Positions 29,658 through 38,893 of a DNA stretch of 64,000 nt are shown in pieces. The notes under the pieces were generated by a model that made no database searches, was not told the DNA's origin, and saw only the letters and a list, made by a program, of their open reading frames with translations. The translations under genes and the position numbers were made by a program. The stretch comes from Paracoccaceae bacterium. GTDB taxonomy: Bacteria > Pseudomonadota > Alphaproteobacteria > Rhodobacterales > Rhodobacteraceae. The stretch's first letter is position 1, and each line of letters starts with the position of its first letter. The stretch is from the NCBI GenBank assembly GCA_030148745.1, contig JASBSV010000013.1:164-64163 (forward strand), in the 5' to 3' direction.

Positions 29658-31731
29658 AATATCCGCCATAAGAGCCATAGCTGCCGCCATGGCCGTATTT
29701 CCGCATTCGCTTGGCATCCACCTGCGACAGAACCAGACCGCTGATCCCCAGATTGACCTGGGCAAACATCCTGAGCCCGTCACGCACCTGAGCGGCGCCG
29801 GTTTCATCCCAGTGAACGACATAGAGGATGGCATCGGCCGATTGTCCGATGACACGCGCATCCGGCACCACCAGAACCGGCGGCGTGTCGATCAGGATGA
29901 CGTCATATTCCTCGCGTGCCTCGGCAAGAAAGCGCGAGAACCGCTCGGAAGAAAAAAGATCGGCAGCGTTCACCTTGGTCTTGTCGCCCAGCAGGATATC
30001 GATGTTCAGCCCCTCGGGGCTCTGCACCGCATCCTTCAGCGCCACATCCCCGGCGACGGCCGCCAGCAGCCCGCCGGTTTCCGGCAGGCCGAAATATTCC
30101 GCCAGAGTAAGGCGGCGGATATCGCCGTCGATCAGCAGAACCTTTTTGCCCAGCCCGGCAAAGTTCTGGGCGGTGGCCACAGATACGGTGGTCTTGCCTT
30201 CGCCCGGAACCGAGGAGGTGAACATGATCACACGCGGCGGGTTGTCGACATTGGACAAAAGCACCGAGGTGCGCAAATTGCGGATCGCCTCGGCTGCGGC
30301 TGAGGCCGGTTTGTTCTGAAGATATTTCAGAAGCTGCCCGCGCCGGCGTATCGGTATCCTGGGGATCTGGCCCATGACCGTGGTGCCGGTCGCGCCCTCA
30401 AGCTGATCGGCGGTGCGAAAGCCGGTCTGGCGCACCTCGCGCAGGATCACCAGGCCGGCGCCCGCCACCAGACCCAGTACCAGCGACAGCGCCAGTATCA
30501 TCGATTTGCGCGGCTCGGAGGGATTGGGCGGGACGACCGAATTCGACAGGATACGGGCATCGGCCTGCTGGATCCCGCGCTGCACCGTGGTTTCCTTCAG
30601 CCGGCCCAGAAAGCTTTGGTAGATCACGCTTGTCGCCTCAGCCTCGCGCTTGAGCTGCTGAAGCTTCACGAAATCGGCTGACTGGGTGCCGACATCCGCG
30701 GTAAGGGTCTTGAGTGATGTTTCAAGCGCGGCAACCTGCGAGCTTGCGCGCGCCAGATCGGTGCGCAGTGAGGCGGCATTTGCCAGAGCTGCCGCATCAG
30801 GCGGGTTTGCGCCGGCGTCCGCCTCGAGCGCGGAAAGCTTGGCCTGCAGCTGCGCCTTGTTCTTGCGCGCCTCGCTCAGCCGGTCGCGCAAATCCTTTAG
30901 CTGGCGGTTGAGCAGCACAAGAGCCGCCGGGCTAATCAGATCGGATTTGGTCGAGAAACGCTCGACCTCCGCCTCGGCCGCTTCCAGCTCGATCTTCAGC
31001 TCTGCCACCTTCTCGCCCAGCCATTTAGCCGCCACTTCGGTTGCCTGCCGCTTCAGCTCAAGCTGATCGGCGATATAAAGCTCGGCCGTTGTATCGGCGA
31101 TTTGCGCCGCTTTGAGCGGATCGATGCTTGTGACGGTGATATTGAAGGCAAAGCTTTGGCGGACATTGCTGACGCTTGTTACCTCAAGAACGCGGTTGAC
31201 GGTTTCGTCAAGCACGCGGCGCGCCGATGGCGGCGGCTCGGCCGGCAGGCCCAGAATGTCGCGGCGCAGAAAATCCATCGCGCCGGCCACGGAATAGGGC
31301 GAGATCGGGCGCAATCGTTCATTGAACTCCGGATCATTGGTCAGATTCAGCTTTTTGACCACCTTTTCAGCAAGCGAGCGCGAGCGCAGGACCTGAACCT
31401 CGGTATTGACCGAGGAAGTATCCCCCGAAAGGCCGGAAAGGACATTGTCGAAGGACGGCATCAGCTGTTCCTTGCGGTTGTCCAGCATTACAACCGTTGT
31501 TGCGCGGTATTTCGGGACGGCGACTTTGAAGGCGTAATAGCCGCCTGCCAGCAGAAACAGAAAACCTGCCAGAAAGATGATCCATTTGCCGCGCCAGAGC
31601 GTGCCGGCAAGGGCCATCAGATCAATCTCGTCATCCTGCTCGGGCAGCGATGGGCGCGTTGGCGCGGATGGCTGCTGGCGACCGATTTGGTCGTTTGGGC
31701 TTTCTATCCGGCTTCTCGGCTCGTGCAGCAT
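29647..31731 (-). CDS. Polysaccharide co-polymerase / tyrosine autokinase (Wzc/ExoP/GumC family)
   Basis: Wzz-type periplasmic domain with coiled coil between two TM helices. Walker A SSVPGEGKT, Walker B-like VILIDTPP, and a Tyr-rich tail YGHGGSYGSYGGYYDS. A TTG alternative start lies at 31761. Confidence 0.85.
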   Translation of the reverse strand: MLHEPRSRIESPNDQIGRQQPSAPTRPSLPEQDDEIDLMALAGTLWRGKWIIFLAGFLFLLAGGYYAFKVAVPKYRATTVVMLDNRKEQLMPSFDNVLSGLSGDTSSVNTEVQVLRSRSLAEKVVKKLNLTNDPEFNERLRPISPYSVAGAMDFLRRDILGLPAEPPPSARRVLDETVNRVLEVTSVSNVRQSFAFNITVTSIDPLKAAQIADTTAELYIADQLELKRQATEVAAKWLGEKVAELKIELEAAEAEVERFSTKSDLISPAALVLLNRQLKDLRDRLSEARKNKAQLQAKLSALEADAGANPPDAAALANAASLRTDLARASSQVAALETSLKTLTADVGTQSADFVKLQQLKREAEATSVIYQSFLGRLKETTVQRGIQQADARILSNSVVPPNPSEPRKSMILALSLVLGLVAGAGLVILREVRQTGFRTADQLEGATGTTVMGQIPRIPIRRRGQLLKYLQNKPASAAAEAIRNLRTSVLLSNVDNPPRVIMFTSSVPGEGKTTVSVATAQNFAGLGKKVLLIDGDIRRLTLAEYFGLPETGGLLAAVAGDVALKDAVQSPEGLNIDILLGDKTKVNAADLFSSERFSRFLAEAREEYDVILIDTPPVLVVPDARVIGQSADAILYVVHWDETGAAQVRDGLRMFAQVNLGISGLVLSQVDAKRMRKYGHGGSYGSYGGYYDS

Positions 31732-32011
31732 CAAATCACTTTCCGCTTTCCATGCTGACAACCCGCCCCCGCGTTAAGTCGTCAACCATGATGTCTAAAG
31801 ATTTTGGGCCGGTAATTCAATCGTTTGTCAAATTCTCAATTTTCGCCTGCGTTGCTTATCCGCGCCCTGCGCTCATTGCAATATCCTACTGGGGTAACTG
31901 ATGCCGCGATTGCAAAGATCCGCCGGGGCGCAGGCATTGGCTTGACCCGGGGTGCGGGCCGGGTCATCGTAAGTTGCCGAAGAGTAAGAGCAAACGGGGG
32001 TGACAGCGGCT

Positions 32012-32770
32012 ATGTTGCGGGCATTGATGCGTAAATTCGGCGCTTCGGGCAAGGGTGAGCCGGTCGTCTTTCCGGATCCGGCACCTGAAACGCCCTTTGT
32101 CGCCATCGGTGACATCCATGGCCGGATCGACCTTTTGGAGCGACTGCTTGAGCGGATTGGCGCAGGCCCCGAGCCGCTGATCTTTGTCGGCGATTATGTC
32201 GACCGGGGCGAAGAAAGCGCTCAGGTTTTAAGCAGGCTTCATGGGCTTGAGGCGGCTGCGGGCCGTCCGGTGGTCTGCCTGCGGGGCAATCATGAGGCAA
32301 TGCTGCTCGATTTTGTCGAGGATCCCGAACGCTCGGGCCGGCGGTGGCTGCGCAATGGCGGGCTTCAGACGCTGGCAAGCTATCGGGTGGGCGGGTTGAG
32401 CGAGGCCAGCTCCGGCGCCGATCTGGAGACGGGGCGCGATGCTTTTGTCGCCGCCATCGGCCAGGAGCTTCTCGATTGGCTGGCAGCGCTGCCGGCGCAG
32501 TGGCGCTCGGGCAATATCGCGGTGGTTCATGCGGCGGCCGATCCTGCCCTGCCGCTGGAGGCGCAGGAAGAAAAGACCCTGCTCTGGGGCTGCCGGGAAT
32601 TTGCCGAAACGCCGCGCCGGGACGGTCTGTGGATCGTGCATGGCCATACGATTGTCGAGGCGCCACGCATGAGCGAGGGGCGCATCAGCATCGACACCGG
32701 CGCCTATGCCACTGGCCGGCTCAGCGCGCTTGACATGCGCGGCGGGGCGCCGGAGTTTATCAGCACGTAA
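32012..32770 (+). CDS. PPP-family metallophosphoesterase (Ser/Thr protein phosphatase, PrpA/ApaH-like)
   Basis: Motifs GDIHG, GDYVDRG, GNHE, VHGH. A GTG alternative start lies at 32000. Confidence 0.8.
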   Translation: MLRALMRKFGASGKGEPVVFPDPAPETPFVAIGDIHGRIDLLERLLERIGAGPEPLIFVGDYVDRGEESAQVLSRLHGLEAAAGRPVVCLRGNHEAMLLDFVEDPERSGRRWLRNGGLQTLASYRVGGLSEASSGADLETGRDAFVAAIGQELLDWLAALPAQWRSGNIAVVHAAADPALPLEAQEEKTLLWGCREFAETPRRDGLWIVHGHTIVEAPRMSEGRISIDTGAYATGRLSALDMRGGAPEFIST

Positions 32771-32960
32771 GGCACCTGCAGCGGGCGCACCGGCCCGGGC
32801 CGGCAATCGGGCGGTTAATATAGCGGTTGTTAGATTAACGATTTCACGATATCGAAAACCGGGAAAAACGCGGGCAAAATCAAGCTTTTTGGGGCCGCCC
32901 CGATCAGGACAGTAAAGGCCGCCGGGCAATTTCGCGGCGGCGGAAAACGGAAAGAACCGT

Positions 32961-34307
32961 ATGAAAAAAGCGCTTTTGTTGGGTGTATTTCTGTCTCTCT
33001 CGGGTTGCGGGCTGGCCTATATTTCGCCGGATGTGCGCCAGGACGGGCCGCTGGATGTAAAGGTGGTCGAACTGAGCCCGGCAACGGTGCGCCGGGCCAA
33101 TGCATCGCCCTATACCCCGCGCAGCCTGCCGGCGGCTTTTTATAATGTTGCCGGCGCGGCGGGCCGGCCTGCGGGCGGCGGCGCCTTGCCGGCGCCGGTC
33201 TTTTCCGCCCAGCCACCGGCCGAGGTGGTCAAAGCGATTCTGCCGCCGCCGGCCAAACCCGGGCCCTACCGGATCGGGGTGAGCGATGTCATCACCCTGA
33301 CCACCAGAAGCAGCGATGCAAGCGTCGAGGCGCAGACCGGGCTTTTGGCCTCTCAGACCCGCCGGCAAGGCTATACGGTGCAGGACGACGGGACGGTCAC
33401 AGTGCCCGAGATTGGCCGCGTCAAGGTTGCCGGGCTGACTGTTGAACAGGCGCAGGACGCGATATTCCAGCGGATGGTGCAGGCGCGGCTGGATCCGACG
33501 CTGAGCCTTGAGATCGCCGATTTCCGCTCGCAGCGCGTGGTTGTGGGCGGCGCGGTGCAAACCCCCACGGCGGTGCCGATCACCCTGACCCCGGTGACAT
33601 TGGTCGATGCGCTGGTGGCGGCGGGCGGCGCGCGCCCCGAGGTCGCCGATTATGCGGTGCTGCGGCTGTTTCGCGATGGCAAGCTTTATCAGATCGCGCT
33701 GAAGGATCTCAAATCCGGACGCTATGAGAAGACGCGGCTGAAGGATGGCGACATCATCTTTGTCGACAGCACCTATGACCTGAGCCAGGCCAAAGGCTAT
33801 TTCGAGCAGCAGATAACCCTGTTGGGCCTGCGCGAGAGCAGCCGCGCTGCGGCGATCAAGGAGCTGGAGGGCGCGATCGCGCGGCGCCGGGCCGCGCTGG
33901 ACGAAGCGCGCACAAATTTCGCCTCGCAGCTGGAATATGGCGCGGTCAAGCGCGACTATGTCTATCTGGTCGGGGAATTGAATAACCAGCGCCGTTTTGC
34001 CATGCCCTTCGGGCAGAAGGCGGTTCTGGCCGATGCGATATTCAATGATGGCGGTCTGGCGCTGGGCACGGCAAATCCGGCGCAGATTTATATCCTGCGC
34101 GGCGCGCGCGGGCGCGACGGGGTGGTTACCGCGCTTCATCTTGATGCGCGAAATGCGGCGAATTTCCTTTTGGCCACGCGGCTTGAGCTGCGCCCCAATG
34201 ACGTGATCTTTGTGGCCGAGCAGCCGGTGACCAAATGGAACCGCGTCGTGCAGCAGCTTACGCCATCGCTGATCGTCTCGGGAGCGAACGCGGCTTCGAA
34301 ACTCTGA
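32961..34307 (+). CDS. Polysaccharide export outer-membrane lipoprotein (Wza/ExoF family)
   Basis: Lipobox LSLSGC after MKKALLLGVF. Poly_export and SLBB-like regions are present. 448 aa. Confidence 0.85.
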   Translation: MKKALLLGVFLSLSGCGLAYISPDVRQDGPLDVKVVELSPATVRRANASPYTPRSLPAAFYNVAGAAGRPAGGGALPAPVFSAQPPAEVVKAILPPPAKPGPYRIGVSDVITLTTRSSDASVEAQTGLLASQTRRQGYTVQDDGTVTVPEIGRVKVAGLTVEQAQDAIFQRMVQARLDPTLSLEIADFRSQRVVVGGAVQTPTAVPITLTPVTLVDALVAAGGARPEVADYAVLRLFRDGKLYQIALKDLKSGRYEKTRLKDGDIIFVDSTYDLSQAKGYFEQQITLLGLRESSRAAAIKELEGAIARRRAALDEARTNFASQLEYGAVKRDYVYLVGELNNQRRFAMPFGQKAVLADAIFNDGGLALGTANPAQIYILRGARGRDGVVTALHLDARNAANFLLATRLELRPNDVIFVAEQPVTKWNRVVQQLTPSLIVSGANAASKL

Positions 34308-34410
34308 CCCGGCGGCATCGGGTCGTTGGGCCGCCGCGCCTTTGCCCGGGTTTTGCGGCCCGGTGGGCGGCGGGCCCTGCGGGGCGGATATTTTTACCAA
34401 ATGGAAGCTG

Positions 34411-35628
34411 TCAGGGATCGGCCAGTTCGGTCAGCACCTGCGCGGTTCCGGTCAGGGTGCGGTGGACCGGGCATTTATCGGCAATCTCGCGCAGGCGCTG
34501 GCGCTGGGCGGCATCAAGATCGCCCTCAAGGTGGATGATCCGCCGGAAGGTGTCGATCTTTTCGGTCGAGTTGTTTTCGGCGTCCTGGGCGTGCACCTTG
34601 TCATGGCAGACATCGACCCAGACATGGGCAAGCGGCCAGGATTTGCGCCGGGCATACATGCGGATCGTCATCGAGGTGCAGGCACCGAGGCCGGCGGCGA
34701 GAAACCCATAGGGCGACATGCCCCGGTTGGTGCCGCCATAGGCCAGCGGCTCATCGGCCAGCACATGGTGTTTGGGGCCTGAGTTGACATCCTGCAAAAA
34801 CCCGCCCGCGTCTGCCTCGGCCACGCGCACGATGCCCTCAGGCGCGCCGGGCGGCGGGGCGGGCGGTTTAAGCTCAAGATAGCGGCTGGCCCAGCTGGCG
34901 ATGACATCGGCGGCATATTCGGCGTCGGCGGGGCGGGTGATCAGGTGGTCGGCGTCATCGAGGGTGACAAAGCTTTTGGGATGTTTGGCGGCCTGAAAGA
35001 TCCGGGTTGCGTTTTCGATGCCCACGATCTTGTCGCGCGGGGCGTGCAGGATCAGAAGCGCCGCCCTGAGCCCGGCGATGGCCGGGCCCATTGCCTCGGC
35101 CGAGATGTCTTCGATAAAGGCTTTGCCGATGCGGAAGGGCCGCCCGCCGAGCGAAACTTCGGCCACGCCTTTTTCGCGGATCTCGGGCAGGGCATCTTGG
35201 AAATTATGTGTCACATGGGCCGGATCGAAGGGGGCGCCAATTGTCGCCACGGCGCGGATGCTGTCGATTTTCGCCCGCGCCCGCAGAACCGCCGCCCCGC
35301 CCAGCGAATGGCCGATCAGCAGGCTGGGCGGCATTTTGCGCGATTTCAGATAGTCGCAGGCCGCGACAAGATCGTCGATATTGGAGGTGAAGCTGGTGTT
35401 TTCGAACTCGCCCCCCGAATGGCCGAGCCCGGTGAAATCAAAGCGCAGCACCGCGATGCCCATCGAGGCAAGGCGCCCGGCGATACGGCGCGCGGCGGGG
35501 ATGTCCTTGGAGCAGGTGAAGCAATGGGCAAAGAGCGCCGTGGCCAGATGCGGCCCGTCGGGCAGATCGAGGCGGGCGGCCAGGGCATCGCCGCTATGGC
35601 CGGGAAATGTAATGCGTTCGGTGGTCAC
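34411..35628 (-). CDS. Alpha/beta hydrolase fused to an OsmC-family peroxiredoxin-like domain
   Basis: N-terminal hydrolase with nucleophile elbow GHSLGG. The C-terminal ~140 aa are OsmC-like (GACTSMTIRMYARRK ... CPVHRTL). GTG start has an AGGAGG RBS. Confidence 0.8.
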   Translation of the reverse strand: MTTERITFPGHSGDALAARLDLPDGPHLATALFAHCFTCSKDIPAARRIAGRLASMGIAVLRFDFTGLGHSGGEFENTSFTSNIDDLVAACDYLKSRKMPPSLLIGHSLGGAAVLRARAKIDSIRAVATIGAPFDPAHVTHNFQDALPEIREKGVAEVSLGGRPFRIGKAFIEDISAEAMGPAIAGLRAALLILHAPRDKIVGIENATRIFQAAKHPKSFVTLDDADHLITRPADAEYAADVIASWASRYLELKPPAPPPGAPEGIVRVAEADAGGFLQDVNSGPKHHVLADEPLAYGGTNRGMSPYGFLAAGLGACTSMTIRMYARRKSWPLAHVWVDVCHDKVHAQDAENNSTEKIDTFRRIIHLEGDLDAAQRQRLREIADKCPVHRTLTGTAQVLTELADP

Positions 35629-35758
35629 TTGCGCCTCCTGCCGGTTCTACAGGATGAGATTGGTATCTGCGCGCGGCCGGTGCAAGAGGGGCAGGGCCGC
35701 GTCACAGGATGGTGTATCTTTGTGTCATGCGGCGGCGCAGAGGCGCGGCGCGGCGGGC

Positions 35759-36451
35759 CTAGCCGTGGCCGAGATCGAACTGAAGCCCCAGCCGCAGGGT
35801 AAAGCCGCTGCTTTCATGTTCAAGCGGCGAGACGAAGATCCCCGGCGCCTTGGGGCGCACCGGCGGGCGGGTATGGGCGCGGATGCCGGCGGTCAGCCTG
35901 CTGCGGGCTGAAAGCGGGTGCCAGGCGCGCAGGCCGATCATCGCATAGGGCGCGCGGTCGGTCGCGCGGATATCGATGCCCGGGCCGGTCATGCGATAGT
36001 GGCTGTAGCGGGCGCCGGCGCCGGCGCCAAGCTGAGCCGACCAGAGACCGGCGGGGCCAAGCGGGGCCCAGAGCGCAAAGAGCATGCTGGTAGTCCGGAT
36101 CGAAGTGGGGTGCGCCCCGGCGGAGCCGCGGGCCGTCATATGGACCACACGGCGCTCGAATATCTCGATCTCGGCGTCGAAGTTTTGCCCGCCCAGCGTG
36201 ACGGCATCGCGAAAGCCGATGGTCAGCGCCTGATCGGAGGAGGCGCTGTCAGCGCTCAGAAGGCGCCTGCCGGTGGCGCCCGGCCCGTTCCAGACATCGA
36301 AGGCCTGATGTTCGATGCTGCTGCCCAGCGACAGCGCCAGATAGCTGCCCGCCCGCGCGGGGGCGGGGACCGCAAGGATCAGCCCGAGGGCGATGGTGAT
36401 TGCCGGAAATATTCCTGTGACCATGTCAATGCGCCTTTTGCCTGCCCCCAT
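35759..36451 (-). CDS. Putative outer-membrane beta-barrel protein
   Basis: Signal peptide MGAGKRRIDMVTGIFPAITIALGLILAVPAPARA, then alternating-hydrophobicity strands. No family was confidently recognised. Confidence 0.5.
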   Translation of the reverse strand: MGAGKRRIDMVTGIFPAITIALGLILAVPAPARAGSYLALSLGSSIEHQAFDVWNGPGATGRRLLSADSASSDQALTIGFRDAVTLGGQNFDAEIEIFERRVVHMTARGSAGAHPTSIRTTSMLFALWAPLGPAGLWSAQLGAGAGARYSHYRMTGPGIDIRATDRAPYAMIGLRAWHPLSARSRLTAGIRAHTRPPVRPKAPGIFVSPLEHESSGFTLRLGLQFDLGHG

Positions 36452-36640
36452 GGCCCGGCCTAGCGCGCGGCGGCGTTAACGTCTCGGTAAGGATGAACGA
36501 ATGGTTAAGACGGCGCTGGCGCCCCATTGGCGACAGGGCGGATAGAAGGCATTGAAAAATTTAATAAAACGAAGGGCTGGTCAAGCCTGCCGCGGGGCGG
36601 CGGGGGCGCAAAATTCTGACATCATGGTAAACGAGAGCCG

Positions 36641-36673
36641 GCAAAACAAAAGGCCCGCCGGTTGGGCGGGCCT
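36641..36673 (-). terminator. Rho-independent terminator of the rpsF-rpsR-rplI operon
   Basis: On the minus strand: AGGCCCGCC-caacc-GGCGGGCCT followed by TTTTGTTTTG, 24 nt after the rplI stop. Confidence 0.75.
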
Positions 36674-36696
36674 GATGGGTCGGACTGAAACCGGGA

Positions 36697-37335
36697 TTAG
36701 TTGGTTTCTTCGCCCTTGTCTTCTTCTTCGTCGGCGGTTTCGGCCGCTGCGGCCTCATCCCCGTCGATATCGTCAAGCTGAGCAGCGCCGATATCGTCAA
36801 AAAGCTCGGAGATTTCGAACTCTGCCTCTGCCTCTTCCTCGGCTGCCAGTTCCTGAATGGATTTACCAGCGGCCTGAAGTTCAGCTTCGTCGTTGGAACG
36901 GGCCACGTTCAGCACAACCTCGGCGGTCACCTCGGGGTGCAGGGTGACGATCACCTTATGCAGGCCAAGCTCTTTGATCGGGGCGGCCAGAGCCACCTGT
37001 TTGCGATCAACTGAAAAGCCTGCCTCGGTGGCGGTGTCGGCGGCGTCGCGGGTCGAAACCGAGCCGTAAAGCGCCCCGGCGTCGGAAGCCGAACGAATCA
37101 CGATGAACTGCTGACCGTCGAGTTTCTCGGCCAGTGCTTCGGCCTCTTTCTTGGTCTCGAGGTTGCGTGCCTCAAGCTGCGCCTTTTCGGTCTCGAAGCG
37201 TGCGATATTCGCCTTGGAGGCCCAGAGCGCCTTGCCCTGAGGCAAGAGATAATTGCGCGCATAGCCGGTTTTGACAGAGACGACATCGCCCATCTGTCCC
37301 AGCTTGGCAACGCGTTCCAGAAGGATAACTTCCAT
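36697..37335 (-). CDS. rplI: 50S ribosomal protein L9 with an acidic C-terminal extension
   Basis: [36 protein letters not shown] is canonical L9. At 212 aa it is longer than the ~150 aa usual for L9. Confidence 0.9.
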   Translation of the reverse strand: MEVILLERVAKLGQMGDVVSVKTGYARNYLLPQGKALWASKANIARFETEKAQLEARNLETKKEAEALAEKLDGQQFIVIRSASDAGALYGSVSTRDAADTATEAGFSVDRKQVALAAPIKELGLHKVIVTLHPEVTAEVVLNVARSNDEAELQAAGKSIQELAAEEEAEAEFEISELFDDIGAAQLDDIDGDEAAAAETADEEEDKGEETN

Positions 37336-37347
37336 GGGTCGTTCTCC

Positions 37348-37575
37348 TTAGTTGATGGCGTAGGGCAGAAGCGCAAGGAAGCGGGCGCGTTTGATCGCGC
37401 GGGCCAGTTCCCGTTGCTTCTTGGCCGATACGGCGGTGATGCGGCTGGGGACGATCTTGCCACGTTCCGAGATATAGCGCTGCAAAAGACGGGTGTCCTT
37501 GTAGTCGATCTTCGGGGCATTGTCGCCCGAGAAGGGGCAGACCTTGCGGCGGCGGAAAAACGATTTGTTTGCCAT
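37348..37575 (-). CDS. rpsR: 30S ribosomal protein S18
   Basis: 75 aa; [10 protein letters not shown]...[18 protein letters not shown] is canonical S18. Confidence 0.95.
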   Translation of the reverse strand: MANKSFFRRRKVCPFSGDNAPKIDYKDTRLLQRYISERGKIVPSRITAVSAKKQRELARAIKRARFLALLPYAIN

Positions 37576-37592
37576 GTGCTTAAGTCCTTTTC

Positions 37593-37946
37593 CTAGCGGC
37601 GTTCACGGCGCTCGGAGCGCTCGTCGCGTTTCTGCATCTGGACCGAAGGACCTTCGGCGTGCTCATCGACCTTGATCGTCAGAACGCGCATGACATCTTC
37701 ATGCAGGCGCATCAGGCGCTCCATTTCCTGAACGGCCGGCGCCGGGGCGTCGGTGCGCAGGAAGGCATAGTGGCCCTTGCGGTTCTTGTTGATCTTATAG
37801 GCCATCGTCTTGACGCCCCAGTATTCCTGTTCGACCAGCTTGCCGCCATTGTCGGAAAGGATGGTGCCGAAATGCTCGATGAGCCCTTCGGCCTGCGCGC
37901 CGGAAAGGTCCTGACGCGAGATAAAGACATGCTCGTAAAGCGGCAT
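37593..37946 (-). CDS. rpsF: 30S ribosomal protein S6
   Basis: [15 protein letters not shown]... is canonical S6. AGGAG RBS precedes ATG 37946. The longer 161-aa ORF start was rejected. Confidence 0.9.
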   Translation of the reverse strand: MPLYEHVFISRQDLSGAQAEGLIEHFGTILSDNGGKLVEQEYWGVKTMAYKINKNRKGHYAFLRTDAPAPAVQEMERLMRLHEDVMRVLTIKVDEHAEGPSVQMQKRDERSERRERR

Positions 37947-38078
37947 GTGCTCTCCTGTTCTGTACGAGCGCACTTCAAAGAGGGGGCCTGCCTTCCGCGC
38001 CCACTCACGAGAGGTCGCGCTGTTGAAAATCCTTGCGGAAGGAGCCCGCCTTATAGGGCTGCCCGCAAATGGTTGCAA
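37947..38078 (-). promoter_or_regulatory. rpsF promoter (TTGCAA-N17-TATAAG) and structured 5' leader, possible S6:S18 autoregulatory element
   Basis: Minus-strand -35 TTGCAA at 38078-38073, a 17-nt spacer, and -10 TATAAG at 38055-38050. The leader contains a long-range 8-bp helix CCTTCCGC (38042-38035) / GCGGAAGG (37998-37991). Confidence 0.45.
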
Positions 38079-38147
38079 GAGTGCCCGATTCTCGCCGTTT
38101 TCGCGGTTAAGATTTCCTTAACGACGTTGCTGAGTGATAGGTGTATT

Positions 38148-38690
38148 ATGAGTATTTGCGAAGATTTTCATAGCGGACCCTCCCGCGCCGATCTGACCCC
38201 GCCGCCGGTGATCGAGACGACTTTCTGGGGCTATATTCTGGCCGGTCATGAAAAGCCCGATTATTTCGGTCCGACGATCCGCTGGATGTCGATGTTTTTT
38301 GGTGTTTCGCTGATTTTTGCCGCGATGGGTTTCTGGCTGGTGCCGGTGTCGGCCATCGTTGCCGAGATCATTCTTTTCAAGCTTGCAAGCTCGCTGACCG
38401 CGCTGATGCTGGGTATCATGCTGTTGCATCTGGGGCAGGAGGCCGGGCGGCCCGAGGTTCAGGTCGATATGTCCCGCAAGGAACTGCGCTTTCTTCAGCG
38501 CGGCGCCAGCGGGATTGGCAAACTGACCCATGTCATCGGTTTTGACGAGCTTGGCGCGATCGATATCGATGGCGATGCGTTTCGCTCTCTTGACCGGAAC
38601 GAAAAGGAAATGGCGGGTCTGGCCCTGTCGCATGCTTTTGCCCGCGAAACCCGGCAGCAGCTTGACGGCCCGCGGCGCCGGTTGCACTGA
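38148..38690 (+). CDS. Hypothetical membrane protein
   Basis: 180 aa from ATG 38148 with two hydrophobic helices (WMSMFFGVSLIFAAMGFWLV, ILFKLASSLTALMLGIMLL). No family recognised. The upstream part of the 343-aa ORF is antisense to rpsF. Confidence 0.5.
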   Translation: MSICEDFHSGPSRADLTPPPVIETTFWGYILAGHEKPDYFGPTIRWMSMFFGVSLIFAAMGFWLVPVSAIVAEIILFKLASSLTALMLGIMLLHLGQEAGRPEVQVDMSRKELRFLQRGASGIGKLTHVIGFDELGAIDIDGDAFRSLDRNEKEMAGLALSHAFARETRQQLDGPRRRLH

Positions 38691-38772
38691 CCCCCCCCGA
38701 ACCCGCTGCCCCGCCGGCACTGATTTTCCGGCCACGGGCGGCGGGTATTTCCCTTTTTGCCGTATTCGCGCG

Positions 38773-38800
38773 CGGCCCGATTGCGGGGCCGGTTTTATTT
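38773..38800 (+). terminator. Weak terminator-like hairpin downstream of the hypothetical membrane protein gene
   Basis: CGGCCC-N7-GGGCCG followed by GTTTTATTT. Confidence 0.35.
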
Positions 38801-38893
38801 GCGCTGCGTTGAAAAATTGGCGCCGATGATTGCGGTGGCCGCGCCGGCGCGCTATCGGGGTGCAAAGAAAAAGACGATCAAGGGAGGGCCAGC

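Noticed and set aside
31913-31924. ops-like element GGCGGATCTTTG (minus strand) in the leader of the Wzc/RfaH-like operon.
   Set aside because: Only 7 of 12 positions match the enterobacterial ops consensus GGCGGTAGCGTG. The recognition sequence of alphaproteobacterial NusG paralogues is unknown. It is mentioned only as context in a finding.
36476-36490. CtrA-box-like TTAA-N7-GTAA upstream of the putative outer-membrane protein gene.
   Set aside because: It has one mismatch to TTAA-N7-TTAA in a half-site. It is a single occurrence and could easily arise by chance in an AT-richer intergenic patch.
37659-38147. Upstream 163 codons of the 343-aa plus-strand ORF.
   Set aside because: This part is antisense to rpsF and its promoter/leader. 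The hydrophobic protein-like part begins at ATG 38148.
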